64,000 nucleotides of DNA from a virus, in the IMG/VR virus record IMGVR_UViG_3300023196_003068, positions 1-64,000 of that record, one strand, 5' to 3'. Both the position numbers and the translations under genes were made by a program. Below are positions 9,326 to 19,182 of the stretch, one piece after another; within the stretch, counting starts at the first letter, position 1, and each line of letters opens with the position of its first letter. The notes under the pieces are model-generated. The model had not been told where the DNA came from. It made no database searches and saw nothing but the letters and a program-made list of their open reading frames with translations.

Positions 9326-9749
9326 GCTTTTTAAAACAAAGGAAGAAGACAATATCAAATTAGCAAAAAACATAATTACACAAAAGACAGATAGTCAAAA
9401 TGTTATAGCATTTATCTGTATATTAAAAAAACACAGGCAATTTGAAACATGCAAAGAGTACTCAATAATAGAGTCAGTAAATAAAGTACTGAAAGAAAAA
9501 ATAAGCAACCAAATATCAGCAGACACTATTAATTACACAATAGCCAATGTATTTAGATGGGCAATAACTAATTTCAAAAGTATAGATAACATAAACTATG
9601 CTTATGAAATGTATACAATGTATATAAATACACTTAAAGCAAAGGCTATAGATGAAATAACTCTACAAACAAAACTTAAAGGATCGATAATTGAGTCCGA
9701 TGAAGATGGACCAAATCCACCCATTCACAAAGAAGATTTACCTTTTTAA
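9300..9749 (+). CDS. hypothetical protein ending in EDLPF
   Basis: 149-aa ORF overlapping the end of the primase gene. Confidence 0.7.
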   Translation: MNLPEKIDKLFKTKEEDNIKLAKNIITQKTDSQNVIAFICILKKHRQFETCKEYSIIESVNKVLKEKISNQISADTINYTIANVFRWAITNFKSIDNINYAYEMYTMYINTLKAKAIDEITLQTKLKGSIIESDEDGPNPPIHKEDLPF

Positions 9750-9752
9750 ATT

Positions 9753-10934
9753 ATGATAAGAAATGTACTAAAAATATCTAAAGAACTTCTTTATGATCAA
9801 CCATTTTATGGTTCAGTCCTACTGAGCTTATTAAAGGAAGTTAATAACAAAAAAACAAAAACAGCCGGAGTTGGTCTTAACGGAATAATGTATAAATTAT
9901 ACATCAACTCAGATTTTTGGGATCAATTATCCGACAACCATAAACAAGGATTATTGATGCATGAATTGGGACATATAATAAACTTTCATCTTGTAGAATA
10001 TAACCATCTTGAAAATCAAAAGATTGCTAATATTGCTATGGATATATATATTAATCAAACCATCCCTAAAGATTTATTACCAGATGGCGCATGTACCTGG
10101 GATAAGTATGAAAATCTTAAACCGAATAAAGACACCAATTGGTATTATCAAAAACTTATAGAGAACAATGATTCTGATTCAGATAAATGTCTTGAAAATT
10201 GTTTGTCTGCCATGGAAAATGGCGATGGTGAGTGTAACGATGGTGACGGAAATACTATTAACGTTCCAGATCACGATTGGAAAGAAATAGAAGAAGCATC
10301 CGAAGCTGTTCAGAAAATGATTAGTAAAAATACACAGGTATTACTAAGTGAAATTGTAAAATCCATAGCAGATCCAGGATGTATTCCTGGTGGATTACAA
10401 GATTTACTTGATACATTAACTACAATTGAACCACCTAAATTTAATTGGAGAGCCTTTGTGAAACGCTTTATAGGAACATCGACGCGAGTAGATGTAAAAA
10501 AGACAAGAAGAAAAAAAAGTAAGCGGTTTAAAGACATGGCGGGTTCTAGAGAACAATTCTTTTCTAACATTCTTGTAGCTATAGATACTTCTGCATCTGT
10601 AAATGAAGCAGAACTTATAGAGTTTCAAAATGAATTACACCATATGCATAAGACTGGTCATGATATAGAAATCATTTTATGCGATACTCAAATACAAGAC
10701 CAATTCAAATTTAATCCACGAAAGCCTTTAAAAGTAACAGGGAGAGGTGGTACAATATTTCAACCTGTTATAGATGTCTATAACAAGAATATAAGAAAAT
10801 ACTCCTGCTTAATCTATCTTACAGATGGTGAAGCACCATCCCCTGAAAATGCTAGGGGAAATATATTATGGGTTCATTCAAGTCATTCAACAATTAATGA
10901 TGAACTCCCAGGAAGATGTATAAAGTTAAACTAA
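9753..10934 (+). CDS. HExxH metallopeptidase-like + VWA domain protein (DUF2201 type)
   Basis: TAGV, LMHELGH, NIAMDIYIN, MIDAS-like IDTSAS, GRGGT.F, YLTDGE. Confidence 0.88.
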   Translation: MIRNVLKISKELLYDQPFYGSVLLSLLKEVNNKKTKTAGVGLNGIMYKLYINSDFWDQLSDNHKQGLLMHELGHIINFHLVEYNHLENQKIANIAMDIYINQTIPKDLLPDGACTWDKYENLKPNKDTNWYYQKLIENNDSDSDKCLENCLSAMENGDGECNDGDGNTINVPDHDWKEIEEASEAVQKMISKNTQVLLSEIVKSIADPGCIPGGLQDLLDTLTTIEPPKFNWRAFVKRFIGTSTRVDVKKTRRKKSKRFKDMAGSREQFFSNILVAIDTSASVNEAELIEFQNELHHMHKTGHDIEIILCDTQIQDQFKFNPRKPLKVTGRGGTIFQPVIDVYNKNIRKYSCLIYLTDGEAPSPENARGNILWVHSSHSTINDELPGRCIKLN

Positions 10935-10950
10935 ATAATTTTTATGTACT

Positions 10951-12189
10951 ATGAGTAAATCAATCGTATCACAAGTAAACATCAAACAGTTAGAAGAAGT
11001 TTTAACTCACATGATTAATAACAATAATACAATACAACACAACGGCCAAACACCTGTAGCAATGAATGTAGTAGGTGCAGCTGGATTAGGTAAGACAAGT
11101 GTAATAAAACAAGTTGGAATAGCAAAAGGTTTTAAACCTGAAAATATTGTAAAGCTATCCCTATCTACATTTGAAGAAATAGGCGACCTTATAGGAATAC
11201 CTGTTACTGAATTCAAAATGGCTAAAAAGAATCCCGAAACAAAAGAAAAGAAAGCTACATACAGCACTCTATGGGTTAAAGAACAAGCAATCAATAGCTT
11301 TGAAAAAGCAGGATACCTTGTAACAAATGAATCCAGAATGAGTTACTCAGTTCCTGAATGGATTGCAGGAAAGACAGGCCCCGGTATTTTAATATTAGAT
11401 GATTACACTAGAGCATCGCAAAGATTTACTCAAGCCGTAATGGAGTTAATCGAATGTCAAGAATATGCTACATGGAAATTGCCTGAAGGATGGACTATCT
11501 TACTATCATCCAATCCAGACGACGGCATATACAATGTAACAGATCAAGACCCTGCACAACGCTCAAGATATATGAATGTATCACTAAAATTTGATGCTGA
11601 AATATGGGCTGAATGGGCAGAGAAGAATAGAATTGATTCACGATGCATAAACTTTATACTCTTAAATAAAGAGTTAGTTAAAGAAGAAGTACCCGAAGTT
11701 AACGCAAGAAGTATCACAAAATTCTTTAATTCTATATCCAGCATTAATGATTTTAACATTCCTAAAAACTTAGAGCTAATCCAATTACTTGGAGAAGGTT
11801 CACTTGGGGTTGAAGCAACAACAATGTTTACAGCATTTATTCATAATAAAATGGATAAGCTTATAACAACTCAAGAGATTTTAGATACTACCGTTCCTTT
11901 TAAAGACATAGAAAAGAAATTACAGAAGCTCATTAAAGGGAAGAAAGATAATTACAGAGGGGATATCGCATACGTAATATGCTCCAGACTCATAACATAT
12001 GCTCAATTCCATCTAACTGAAGATAATGTAACTGATGAAATTATAAAACGCATTGAAGAGCTATTATCTACAGACAGCCTTGGTACAGACCTTAAATTTG
12101 TATTAGGAAAGAAGATAACCAATCTTGATGTTCAAGCATTTAATAAGCTATTAACATCAGACGCAGTACTTGATAATATTTTAGAATAA
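10951..12189 (+). CDS. AAA+ ATPase (MoxR/dynein-related), partner of the VWA protein
   Basis: GAAGLGKT, GDLIGIP, LILDDYTRA, SSNP, DPAQRSR. Confidence 0.88.
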   Translation: MSKSIVSQVNIKQLEEVLTHMINNNNTIQHNGQTPVAMNVVGAAGLGKTSVIKQVGIAKGFKPENIVKLSLSTFEEIGDLIGIPVTEFKMAKKNPETKEKKATYSTLWVKEQAINSFEKAGYLVTNESRMSYSVPEWIAGKTGPGILILDDYTRASQRFTQAVMELIECQEYATWKLPEGWTILLSSNPDDGIYNVTDQDPAQRSRYMNVSLKFDAEIWAEWAEKNRIDSRCINFILLNKELVKEEVPEVNARSITKFFNSISSINDFNIPKNLELIQLLGEGSLGVEATTMFTAFIHNKMDKLITTQEILDTTVPFKDIEKKLQKLIKGKKDNYRGDIAYVICSRLITYAQFHLTEDNVTDEIIKRIEELLSTDSLGTDLKFVLGKKITNLDVQAFNKLLTSDAVLDNILE

Positions 12190-12206
12190 CATAAATCTAT
12201 ATGTAA

Positions 12207-12230
12207 AAGGGGAGGAGAAATTCTCCCCTT
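12207..12230 (+). terminator. stem-loop (weak terminator or regulatory hairpin)
   Basis: AAGGGGAGGA-GAAA-TTCTCCCCTT with a GNRA loop and a poor U tract, 3 nt before the next start codon. Confidence 0.55.
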
Positions 12231-12233
12231 ATT

Positions 12234-12662
12234 ATGATGAACAAGCCTATTTTAAATAAGAAGCGATATAATCGCATGAAACAAATGATGAAAGGAACTG
12301 ATGAAGACCTTAAACTTATCATAAACATCATTGATAATTGTAATATTGAAGAATCATTATTATATATCCTTGCATTAATACCCCATCGTTATGATGAAAA
12401 AAAAACAATGGCTACACCCATAACAAGGAGTTATAAATTATTTACCTTCCTATCAGATCTAGACCCCACCATTGGAAGATTTGTGGGAATTCAATATGAT
12501 CTAAATAAGTTAATAGATGTTTGGAAAGCTCATTGCATTAGAGAAAACAAGAATCCAACACAAGGAAGTAAATTCTTAGCTATGGAGTATATTGAACCAC
12601 CAAAAAATCTTAACGTTAAATCCACAATACCAAAACTCAATCCTAAAAGAAAACAAAGATGA
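12234..12662 (+). CDS. hypothetical protein
   Basis: 142-aa ORF with ATGA overlap to the nuclease gene. Confidence 0.7.
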   Translation: MMNKPILNKKRYNRMKQMMKGTDEDLKLIINIIDNCNIEESLLYILALIPHRYDEKKTMATPITRSYKLFTFLSDLDPTIGRFVGIQYDLNKLIDVWKAHCIRENKNPTQGSKFLAMEYIEPPKNLNVKSTIPKLNPKRKQR

Positions 12663-13714
12663 ATACACCAGAAAAAGATACATTAAAACAAGAGAAAGAA
12701 TTCCAAGAAGAAAAATTTTACTTCAGCTTTAGTTCATTAGTAAAACTACTAACTGATCCAAGAGTATTTTATAGAGATTACATATTAAAAGAACGAGAAG
12801 AATTAAGTGCGAAATACTTAGACATAGGAGAATTAGTACATTGCTTTGTTTTAGAACCTGAAAACTTTGAAGACAAATTTGTCCTTATGTCAAAAAAAGT
12901 ACCAGGAGGAAAGCTAAAAGAAGTTATTGATGATGTATACAACAAGTCATTCCCTTCTACTGACGTTCCTTTAGATGATTTAAGTATGAGAGATTTAATA
13001 ATCTCTACATTAAAAGAGTGCGATTTATATCAGGGACTTGTAGACTCTAAGAAAGAAGTTAATGGTGTAAAACCAACTGGCGATGATAAAAGATTAGAAA
13101 AGGCTGTTACCCCGGAAACGATTGAATACTTTAATGTATTAAGAGAAGGAGAAACTAAGACTATTGTAGATATAAACACAAGTATTATTGCAAAAGAAAA
13201 AGCCAATGCGATACTTAATAACAAAACAGCTATGTCCCTATTGGAAATAGCAGAAGAAGATCAGGATTTACATATAGAAATACATAAAGAAATCGAACTT
13301 AAAGCTGAATTAGATAGCTATGCATTTGGATTGAAAGGTATTATTGACTGCGTAAAAGTTGACTATGAAAATGATACCATACATATTATAGACATAAAAA
13401 CAACATCCAAGACTCTAAATGATTGGACTAAAGGTTTTGGCACCTCGCCCTATAAGTATTGGCTACAACCAATTGTATATAAAGAACTATTGTTATCTCT
13501 TATTCGCAGGAACGATAGAAAAGAATGGAAAATGAAGGTTCATTATGTAGTTATTGATAAAGACAACCAGGTATATTGCTACCCAGTATCTACAGAATCC
13601 TTACGAATATGGGAAAAAGAAGCTAAAGAATCTTATGATATCGCCAAATGGCATTTAGAAAACAATAACTTTGAATTACCATACAACTATGCAAACAATT
13701 TTGTAGAACTATAA
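12659..13714 (+). CDS. PD-(D/E)XK exonuclease (RecE/ExoVIII-like)
   Basis: FSFSSL, GELVHCFVLEP, EIEL, LKGIID, IIDIKTT, YWLQ..VY. Confidence 0.85.
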   Translation: MNTPEKDTLKQEKEFQEEKFYFSFSSLVKLLTDPRVFYRDYILKEREELSAKYLDIGELVHCFVLEPENFEDKFVLMSKKVPGGKLKEVIDDVYNKSFPSTDVPLDDLSMRDLIISTLKECDLYQGLVDSKKEVNGVKPTGDDKRLEKAVTPETIEYFNVLREGETKTIVDINTSIIAKEKANAILNNKTAMSLLEIAEEDQDLHIEIHKEIELKAELDSYAFGLKGIIDCVKVDYENDTIHIIDIKTTSKTLNDWTKGFGTSPYKYWLQPIVYKELLLSLIRRNDRKEWKMKVHYVVIDKDNQVYCYPVSTESLRIWEKEAKESYDIAKWHLENNNFELPYNYANNFVEL

Positions 13715-13730
13715 GACTTTTATATATTTG
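13700..13730 (+). promoter_or_regulatory. Bacteroidota sigma70-type promoter (-33/-7)
   Basis: TTTG at 13700-13703, 19-nt spacer, TATATTTG at 13723-13730, 15 nt upstream of the ATG at 13746. Confidence 0.7.
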
Positions 13731-13745
13731 AACTAAATAAAATTT

Positions 13746-14159
13746 ATGCCAAAAGAAATCAACAACAACGCAATTGGGAACATAATGCTTATTAAAAGTT
13801 CGTTCCAACAAGAACAAATGGAGAAAGCAGTAGATAATTTCTCAGGAGTTCCAATGTCTACAGACTCACCCTTTGTAGAGATAATTTGGGATCCTGTAAG
13901 ATACACTCTTGCTATTATCAGCAAAATTAAAAAGGAATCTTTTCATTTCTTACCTAAGTTAAATGGTAGTGGAATTCCATTACCAAACAACAACAAACAA
14001 TCAGCTGCTCAAGTGCCATATCAGCAAGAAAGAGTGCTTATTGAAACATTCCATGAATACTTCATTGAAGATTTGGATGATGTTAAAAAATTCTTAACTG
14101 TATATGCCTACAATCAAGATTTTGATTGGGATGCCTTTGTTGGTAAGAAGAAAGAATAA
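13746..14159 (+). CDS. conserved hypothetical protein
   Basis: 137-aa ORF with its own promoter and terminator. Confidence 0.75.
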   Translation: MPKEINNNAIGNIMLIKSSFQQEQMEKAVDNFSGVPMSTDSPFVEIIWDPVRYTLAIISKIKKESFHFLPKLNGSGIPLPNNNKQSAAQVPYQQERVLIETFHEYFIEDLDDVKKFLTVYAYNQDFDWDAFVGKKKE

Positions 14160-14178
14160 TAAAGAAGCCTTTAATATG

Positions 14179-14207
14179 AAGGGTACTCAAACGAGTGCCC
14201 TTTTTTT
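14179..14207 (+). terminator. rho-independent terminator
   Basis: AAGGGTACTC-AAAC-GAGTGCCCTT running into a T tract. Confidence 0.85.
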
Positions 14208-14219
14208 ATCTCATAACAT

Positions 14220-16280
14220 ATGAAAAAAACATACATACATGACTATGAAACAATAAAGAACTGTTTCCTTGCTGTTTATATAAACATTAAGGACACGAAA
14301 GAAATAATAAAATTTGAGGTATCCACTTATGAAAATAAATTCACTCAATATATAGCATTCCTTGATGAAATCATGGAAAAACATTACCTGGTTTCATTTA
14401 ATGGACTAAACTTCGATTCTCAAGTAGCATTATATTGTTATAAAAATAAAGATGCATTTTTTAAATGGTCTGGAGAAGAAATAGCTACAAGCATATTTGA
14501 ATTTGTACAAACGCTTATAGAGACAAAGAACAAAAAAGGATATCCGATATACTATATTAAAGAACTACCCTTTAGAGAGATCGATTTAGCTGAGATTAAC
14601 AATTATAACAATCAGCAAAAGTTTGCATCTTTAAAATGGTTGCAATACAATATGGATTGGCACAATATCATGGACATGAATTGTAAGCCAGACAGTATTC
14701 TTAATATGAAAGAAATCATAGAGCTCACCGTCTATTGTATCAATGATTGCCTTTCGACTAGAGAACTATTAACCCGAAATATAGAGCTAATTAAGGTAAG
14801 AAAGGATTTATCTAAACACTTTAAAATAGACCTTCAAAATTTATCTGAACCTAAGCTCGTCAAAGCTATCCTACTTGATTTATTAAGTAAGGATATGAAT
14901 ATTGATAAAGCCGAATTAAAAGAAATGAAAACATATAGGAACGTCATCCACTTAGGAGAAGCAATACTTCCTTATATTGAATTCATCACAAAACCTTTAC
15001 AAAACACCCTACATAAGTTCAAGCAACTAAAATTAGATGCGGATAATTTAAAGGGAAGTTTTAAGCATAAAATCACATACAGAGGGTTGCAGTTATCTTT
15101 TGCTCTTGGAGGAATTCATGGTGCTAAAAGAGGCTTATATAGGCATAGTGAAGATATGATTATTAAATCATTTGATGTCAAATCATATTACCCAAACCTA
15201 TGCATACGTAATAAATGGAGCCCAGCACATCTTCCTGCAGATATTTTCTGTAAAAGATATGTGTGGTTCTATGACGAAAGATTAAAATATCCTAAATCAA
15301 ATCCATTAAACTATCTATATAAGATTGTGTTAAACTCAGCGTTTGGCTTAAGCAATGAAAAGAATAGCTTTTTAAAAGATAGCATGTTTACAATGCAAAT
15401 AACGTGTAATGGACAACTGCTGCTAATACAGCTATTGGAAAAGCTTTGTGAAAATATACCAGGAGCAAGGCCCATTATGGTTAATACAGATGGAGGAGAA
15501 ATAATATTTCCCAAAGAACATGAATCTCAATATGATTTGATATGTAAGCAATGGGAAGAAACAACTAACTTAATATTAGAGTATGAATACTATGAAAAAC
15601 TAATTATATGGGACGTAAATAATTATATTGGAATATTCAAGCCTTATGAAATAACTGAAGATGAGGCTAATGATATGTTTAAGAAAACATACCCAAAACC
15701 TTTAATAAAGAAAACGAATGGTAAATTTTATCACTATCCGGTTAAGCTTAAGGGAAGGTTTGATATCAATAAAGAGTTACATAAAAATAAAAGCTATAGA
15801 ATAAAAGCTATAGCAATATACAATTACTTTATACACAATGTAAGTCCAGAAAAGACAGTTAATGCCTGCAAAAATATATATGATTTTTGTGCAGGTATCC
15901 GGGCTAAAGGTGATTGGAAGATAATACAAACATGCGTTGAAGACGGAGATTTATATAATTATAACACACAAAAAACAATGCGTTATTATATAGCAAATCG
16001 TGGATGTAAATTAATCAAAGAACAGCGCACTGTTATTGAAAAACCATTAGACATAAAAAATACAAAGGGAGATGTAGTTAAGCATTATAAAAAAGGAGAT
16101 GTTGTAGTAAAACAAATCAAAGTAGAAGCATCTAATGTAATGGAGCAAGTTGCTATAAAAATCGATCCCGATAAAAAGTTTGAAGATTATGACATTAATC
16201 TCGCATATTATTTACGCCTAATTAAAAAAGAAATAGAAACAGTAGAACCCTTAAACAAAACTAAAAGTTTATTCTCATGA
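14220..16280 (+). CDS. family B DNA polymerase (crAss-like)
   Basis: ExoI HDYET, ExoII SFNGLNFD, ExoIII YCIND; polymerase motifs SFDVKSYYP, KIVLNSAFG, NTDG. Confidence 0.93.
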   Translation: MKKTYIHDYETIKNCFLAVYINIKDTKEIIKFEVSTYENKFTQYIAFLDEIMEKHYLVSFNGLNFDSQVALYCYKNKDAFFKWSGEEIATSIFEFVQTLIETKNKKGYPIYYIKELPFREIDLAEINNYNNQQKFASLKWLQYNMDWHNIMDMNCKPDSILNMKEIIELTVYCINDCLSTRELLTRNIELIKVRKDLSKHFKIDLQNLSEPKLVKAILLDLLSKDMNIDKAELKEMKTYRNVIHLGEAILPYIEFITKPLQNTLHKFKQLKLDADNLKGSFKHKITYRGLQLSFALGGIHGAKRGLYRHSEDMIIKSFDVKSYYPNLCIRNKWSPAHLPADIFCKRYVWFYDERLKYPKSNPLNYLYKIVLNSAFGLSNEKNSFLKDSMFTMQITCNGQLLLIQLLEKLCENIPGARPIMVNTDGGEIIFPKEHESQYDLICKQWEETTNLILEYEYYEKLIIWDVNNYIGIFKPYEITEDEANDMFKKTYPKPLIKKTNGKFYHYPVKLKGRFDINKELHKNKSYRIKAIAIYNYFIHNVSPEKTVNACKNIYDFCAGIRAKGDWKIIQTCVEDGDLYNYNTQKTMRYYIANRGCKLIKEQRTVIEKPLDIKNTKGDVVKHYKKGDVVVKQIKVEASNVMEQVAIKIDPDKKFEDYDINLAYYLRLIKKEIETVEPLNKTKSLFS

Positions 16281-17695
16281 ACAGACCCAATTATTACAAA
16301 TATTGTACAGAAGAATTCTTACGAAATGTAGAATTACCAAAGAAAACAAAATCATACACGCCAATTACACATGGCGAGATAATAGATAAAGTTAACGCAG
16401 AACTAAGTAATGCCGGCTTTATTATAGAGAAAAGCGAATACATATATACCTATGACGGTAAAATTGTAGTATCAAAAATATATATTAAATCAGATAAAGA
16501 TCCAGAAATGGGAATGCTATTTTCCTGGGCTAATTCATACAACAAAATGGTTAAATTTAGTTGTGGAATTGGAGCATTTATATACGAAAATAAAGCATCA
16601 TTCTTTGGAACTGAAGGATTATCCTGGAATAGAAAACATACAGGTACCGCTAATCAAGAGGCGTTTACTATTATTGAACAAATAGTTGATAATGCGGATG
16701 CACACTTTACCAAAATTATTGAAGAAAGAGATCAAATGAAAAGGAATCCCATGTCTATTGAACTATATGGACAATTGATGGGAGCTTTATATTTTGAACA
16801 TGAAATACTAACGTCATCACAAGTATCGTTTACTAATCATGAATATAAAGACAAAAAATCCACAGCTACTGATAAAGAAAACCTTTGGGGCTTATATAAA
16901 TTATTAATGTTTGGAATGGAAGCTGCAATTATTGCTAAATGGCAAACATCTCAGCAAAAGTTACATCATTTAATAATGACTGAATATGCCATTGCTACAG
17001 ACGATTATTTATCAATTGCAGTAGGTACAACAGCACAATCAGACAATCCAATGCCAACGATTGGAGAAAATGCTGGAATAAATAAGGAAGCTCCTTTACA
17101 ACCAGGAGAACTTAGAGAAACCGATCCTCCCGAAGTAATACCTGCAGTATTTGTAGATAACAACGATGATAAAATAACAGCTGTAGAAGAAGGTTTAGAC
17201 CATTATACGGGAGATGAAGATCCATTCAAGGATGAATTAAAAGTAGCTGAAGTTGACTTTGAAGATGATGGCAGACCAGTAGCTACACCTGAGATACCTG
17301 TAGGTGATACTCCAGAAATTACAGGGGTACCTGACGGAAATGTGTTATCTGATACAGAAGAAGACATAAATATATTAACTGTAAATGAACATCTAACACA
17401 TGTGCCAGATTCTGAATTAGAGAACCTATTTCCGGAAGATGATGAAAAAGAAGCTTTATTAGATGCAGCTGCAGCTATTAAAGATCCAGTTCCAATCATT
17501 GATCCGGTAAAAGAAACAGAAAGTTTCTTAGATATTAAGGAGCATGATGTTCCAAAAGAAGTATCTAAAGAAGATACGGCAATAGAAAAGAAAATGAAAA
17601 CATTATTTGGCTCAGTTCAACCATATACAATAGAAGAGAACGATACTCAAATAAACGTCATTTTAAACGAAACAAAAGAATGTTTCTTTGTTTGA
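16277..17695 (+). CDS. DUF932-like protein with long acidic C-terminal extension
   Basis: SYTPITH, NSYN, RKHTG in the N-terminal 240 aa; D/E/P-rich C-terminal half. Confidence 0.6.
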   Translation: MNRPNYYKYCTEEFLRNVELPKKTKSYTPITHGEIIDKVNAELSNAGFIIEKSEYIYTYDGKIVVSKIYIKSDKDPEMGMLFSWANSYNKMVKFSCGIGAFIYENKASFFGTEGLSWNRKHTGTANQEAFTIIEQIVDNADAHFTKIIEERDQMKRNPMSIELYGQLMGALYFEHEILTSSQVSFTNHEYKDKKSTATDKENLWGLYKLLMFGMEAAIIAKWQTSQQKLHHLIMTEYAIATDDYLSIAVGTTAQSDNPMPTIGENAGINKEAPLQPGELRETDPPEVIPAVFVDNNDDKITAVEEGLDHYTGDEDPFKDELKVAEVDFEDDGRPVATPEIPVGDTPEITGVPDGNVLSDTEEDINILTVNEHLTHVPDSELENLFPEDDEKEALLDAAAAIKDPVPIIDPVKETESFLDIKEHDVPKEVSKEDTAIEKKMKTLFGSVQPYTIEENDTQINVILNETKECFFV

Positions 17696-17707
17696 GAAGG
17701 GGTAAGG

Positions 17708-17822
17708 TGTAAGGAGATAAAGCTCGTCATTGCGGAGACGAGGAAAATAATTTAATCATGCTATTAGTTATTGTCCTTCCCTAGTGTGAATAAGTAACTA
17801 TGTGCACAAACCTTTCCTTACG
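17708..17822 (+). ncRNA. candidate structured RNA (four-way junction)
   Basis: Closing helix GTAAGGA(17709-15)/TCCTTAC(17815-21) encloses three hairpins in the largest non-coding gap of the window; family not recognised. Confidence 0.4.
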
Positions 17823-17860
17823 GTAAAGTACATTGAGGAATGATTAAAAACGCGGTGACT

Positions 17861-17888
17861 AGCCCCCTACCATAGTGGGGGCTTTTTT
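17861..17888 (+). terminator. rho-independent terminator
   Basis: AGCCCCCTAC-CATA-GTGGGGGCT followed by a T tract. Confidence 0.88.
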
Positions 17889-17906
17889 ATTATAAAATAC
17901 TTAACA

Positions 17907-18104
17907 ATGAGTAAAAAAAGATACGATGTAATATCACCAGACGGGATTCCAATTAGATATTTTAATTGGAAGACTAAAAAAGAAGCTCAACAAGGATTAC
18001 TTACTTGGATGGAGCGATATGAAACACAGGGTTATTATAGCTCTAATCAAGGAAGGATACCCTTAGATAAGTTAGAATCACAATGTAAAATTATAGAAAT
18101 TTAG
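17907..18104 (+). CDS. small hypothetical protein
   Basis: 65-aa ORF with A-rich leader, abutting the ligase gene. Confidence 0.7.
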   Translation: MSKKRYDVISPDGIPIRYFNWKTKKEAQQGLLTWMERYETQGYYSSNQGRIPLDKLESQCKIIEI

Positions 18105-18105
18105 T

Positions 18106-19182
18106 ATGACACAAGAATCAATTACATTATCGTACCAGCAGGGTACGTCAGACAAAGTGTATAACGCAGAATTAACAAAACAACCAGAAGGTTGGGTAGT
18201 CAATTTTGCATATGGAAGGAGAGGTAACTCCTTAAATACAGGAACAAAAACCAAAGAACCAGTTACATATGAAGTAGCTAAAAAGACTTATGATAAATTA
18301 GTAAAATCCAAGACAGCTAAAGGATATAAAACTAATGGAGCCAATGGGTCTTCCATAAGCGTAATTACAGATAAAGAAGATAGCGGAATCTATCCTCAAT
18401 TATTAAATGAAATTACAGAAGAACAAGCAATGCTTTTTATTAACGATCCTAACTATTGTATGCAGGAAAAATTTGATGGCAAACGTAGGTTGATTATCAA
18501 AAATAAAGATAACTCAATACAGGGTATTAATAAAAAAGGAATAGTTATAGCCTTAACAAAAGAAATAGAAGATATTTCTAAAGGGGTTAATGGTCCATAT
18601 ATCATAGACGGAGAAGATATGGGAGATGTAATAATGTTATTTGACAACATAACTAATCCTGATGAAGCTTATATGCATAGATATCATAAACTATCTAAAC
18701 TAATAGGCTCTCCAACCAATAATATACCACTCAAAGTAGTAACAACAGCTTGGGATAAAAATGCCAAGCTCAACACTTTTTGTCGATTAAAACAAGAAAG
18801 AGCTGAAGGAGTTGTATTTAAACATATCTCAGCATTTTACTCAGCCGGAAGACCAGCATCGGGAGGTAGTCAATACAAGTGCAAATTCTATGAGACAGCA
18901 TCATGTATAGTAGAAAGCATAAGTTCTGTCAAGAACTCTATAGGACTAAAGGTTTATGATGATTCACATCCTGTATCATTAGTAGGAGTTCCTGTAGGAA
19001 ATACAACACTTTATCCTAATTCTCCTAAAGTTAAAATTGGAGATATAGTAGAAATAAAGTATCTATACTATAATGAAGGAGGTTCTTTGTACCAACCGGT
19101 ACTGCTTGCTGTAAGAGATGATGTGGATACAGATGAGTGTCTATTATCTAAACTTAAAAGAAAGAAAGATGAAACTCCTTAA
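18106..19182 (+). CDS. ATP-dependent DNA ligase with N-terminal WGR domain
   Basis: SDKVY...YGRRG...KTAKGY (WGR); QEKFDGKR, IIDGE, EGVVFK, YKCK; OB fold VEIKY...GSLYQP...RDD. Confidence 0.9.
   Translation: MTQESITLSYQQGTSDKVYNAELTKQPEGWVVNFAYGRRGNSLNTGTKTKEPVTYEVAKKTYDKLVKSKTAKGYKTNGANGSSISVITDKEDSGIYPQLLNEITEEQAMLFINDPNYCMQEKFDGKRRLIIKNKDNSIQGINKKGIVIALTKEIEDISKGVNGPYIIDGEDMGDVIMLFDNITNPDEAYMHRYHKLSKLIGSPTNNIPLKVVTTAWDKNAKLNTFCRLKQERAEGVVFKHISAFYSAGRPASGGSQYKCKFYETASCIVESISSVKNSIGLKVYDDSHPVSLVGVPVGNTTLYPNSPKVKIGDIVEIKYLYYNEGGSLYQPVLLAVRDDVDTDECLLSKLKRKKDETP

Noticed and set aside
14220-16280. Intein or self-splicing intron in PolB (also checked helicases and vRNAP)
   Set aside because: Motifs are contiguous at normal spacing; no intein splice-junction or homing endonuclease signatures were seen
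17696-17860. tRNA, hammerhead ribozyme or known riboswitch in the intergenic gap
   Set aside because: No TTCGA T-loop or CCA end, no CTGATGA/GAAA core and no aptamer consensus I recognise; kept only as an unclassified RNA candidate
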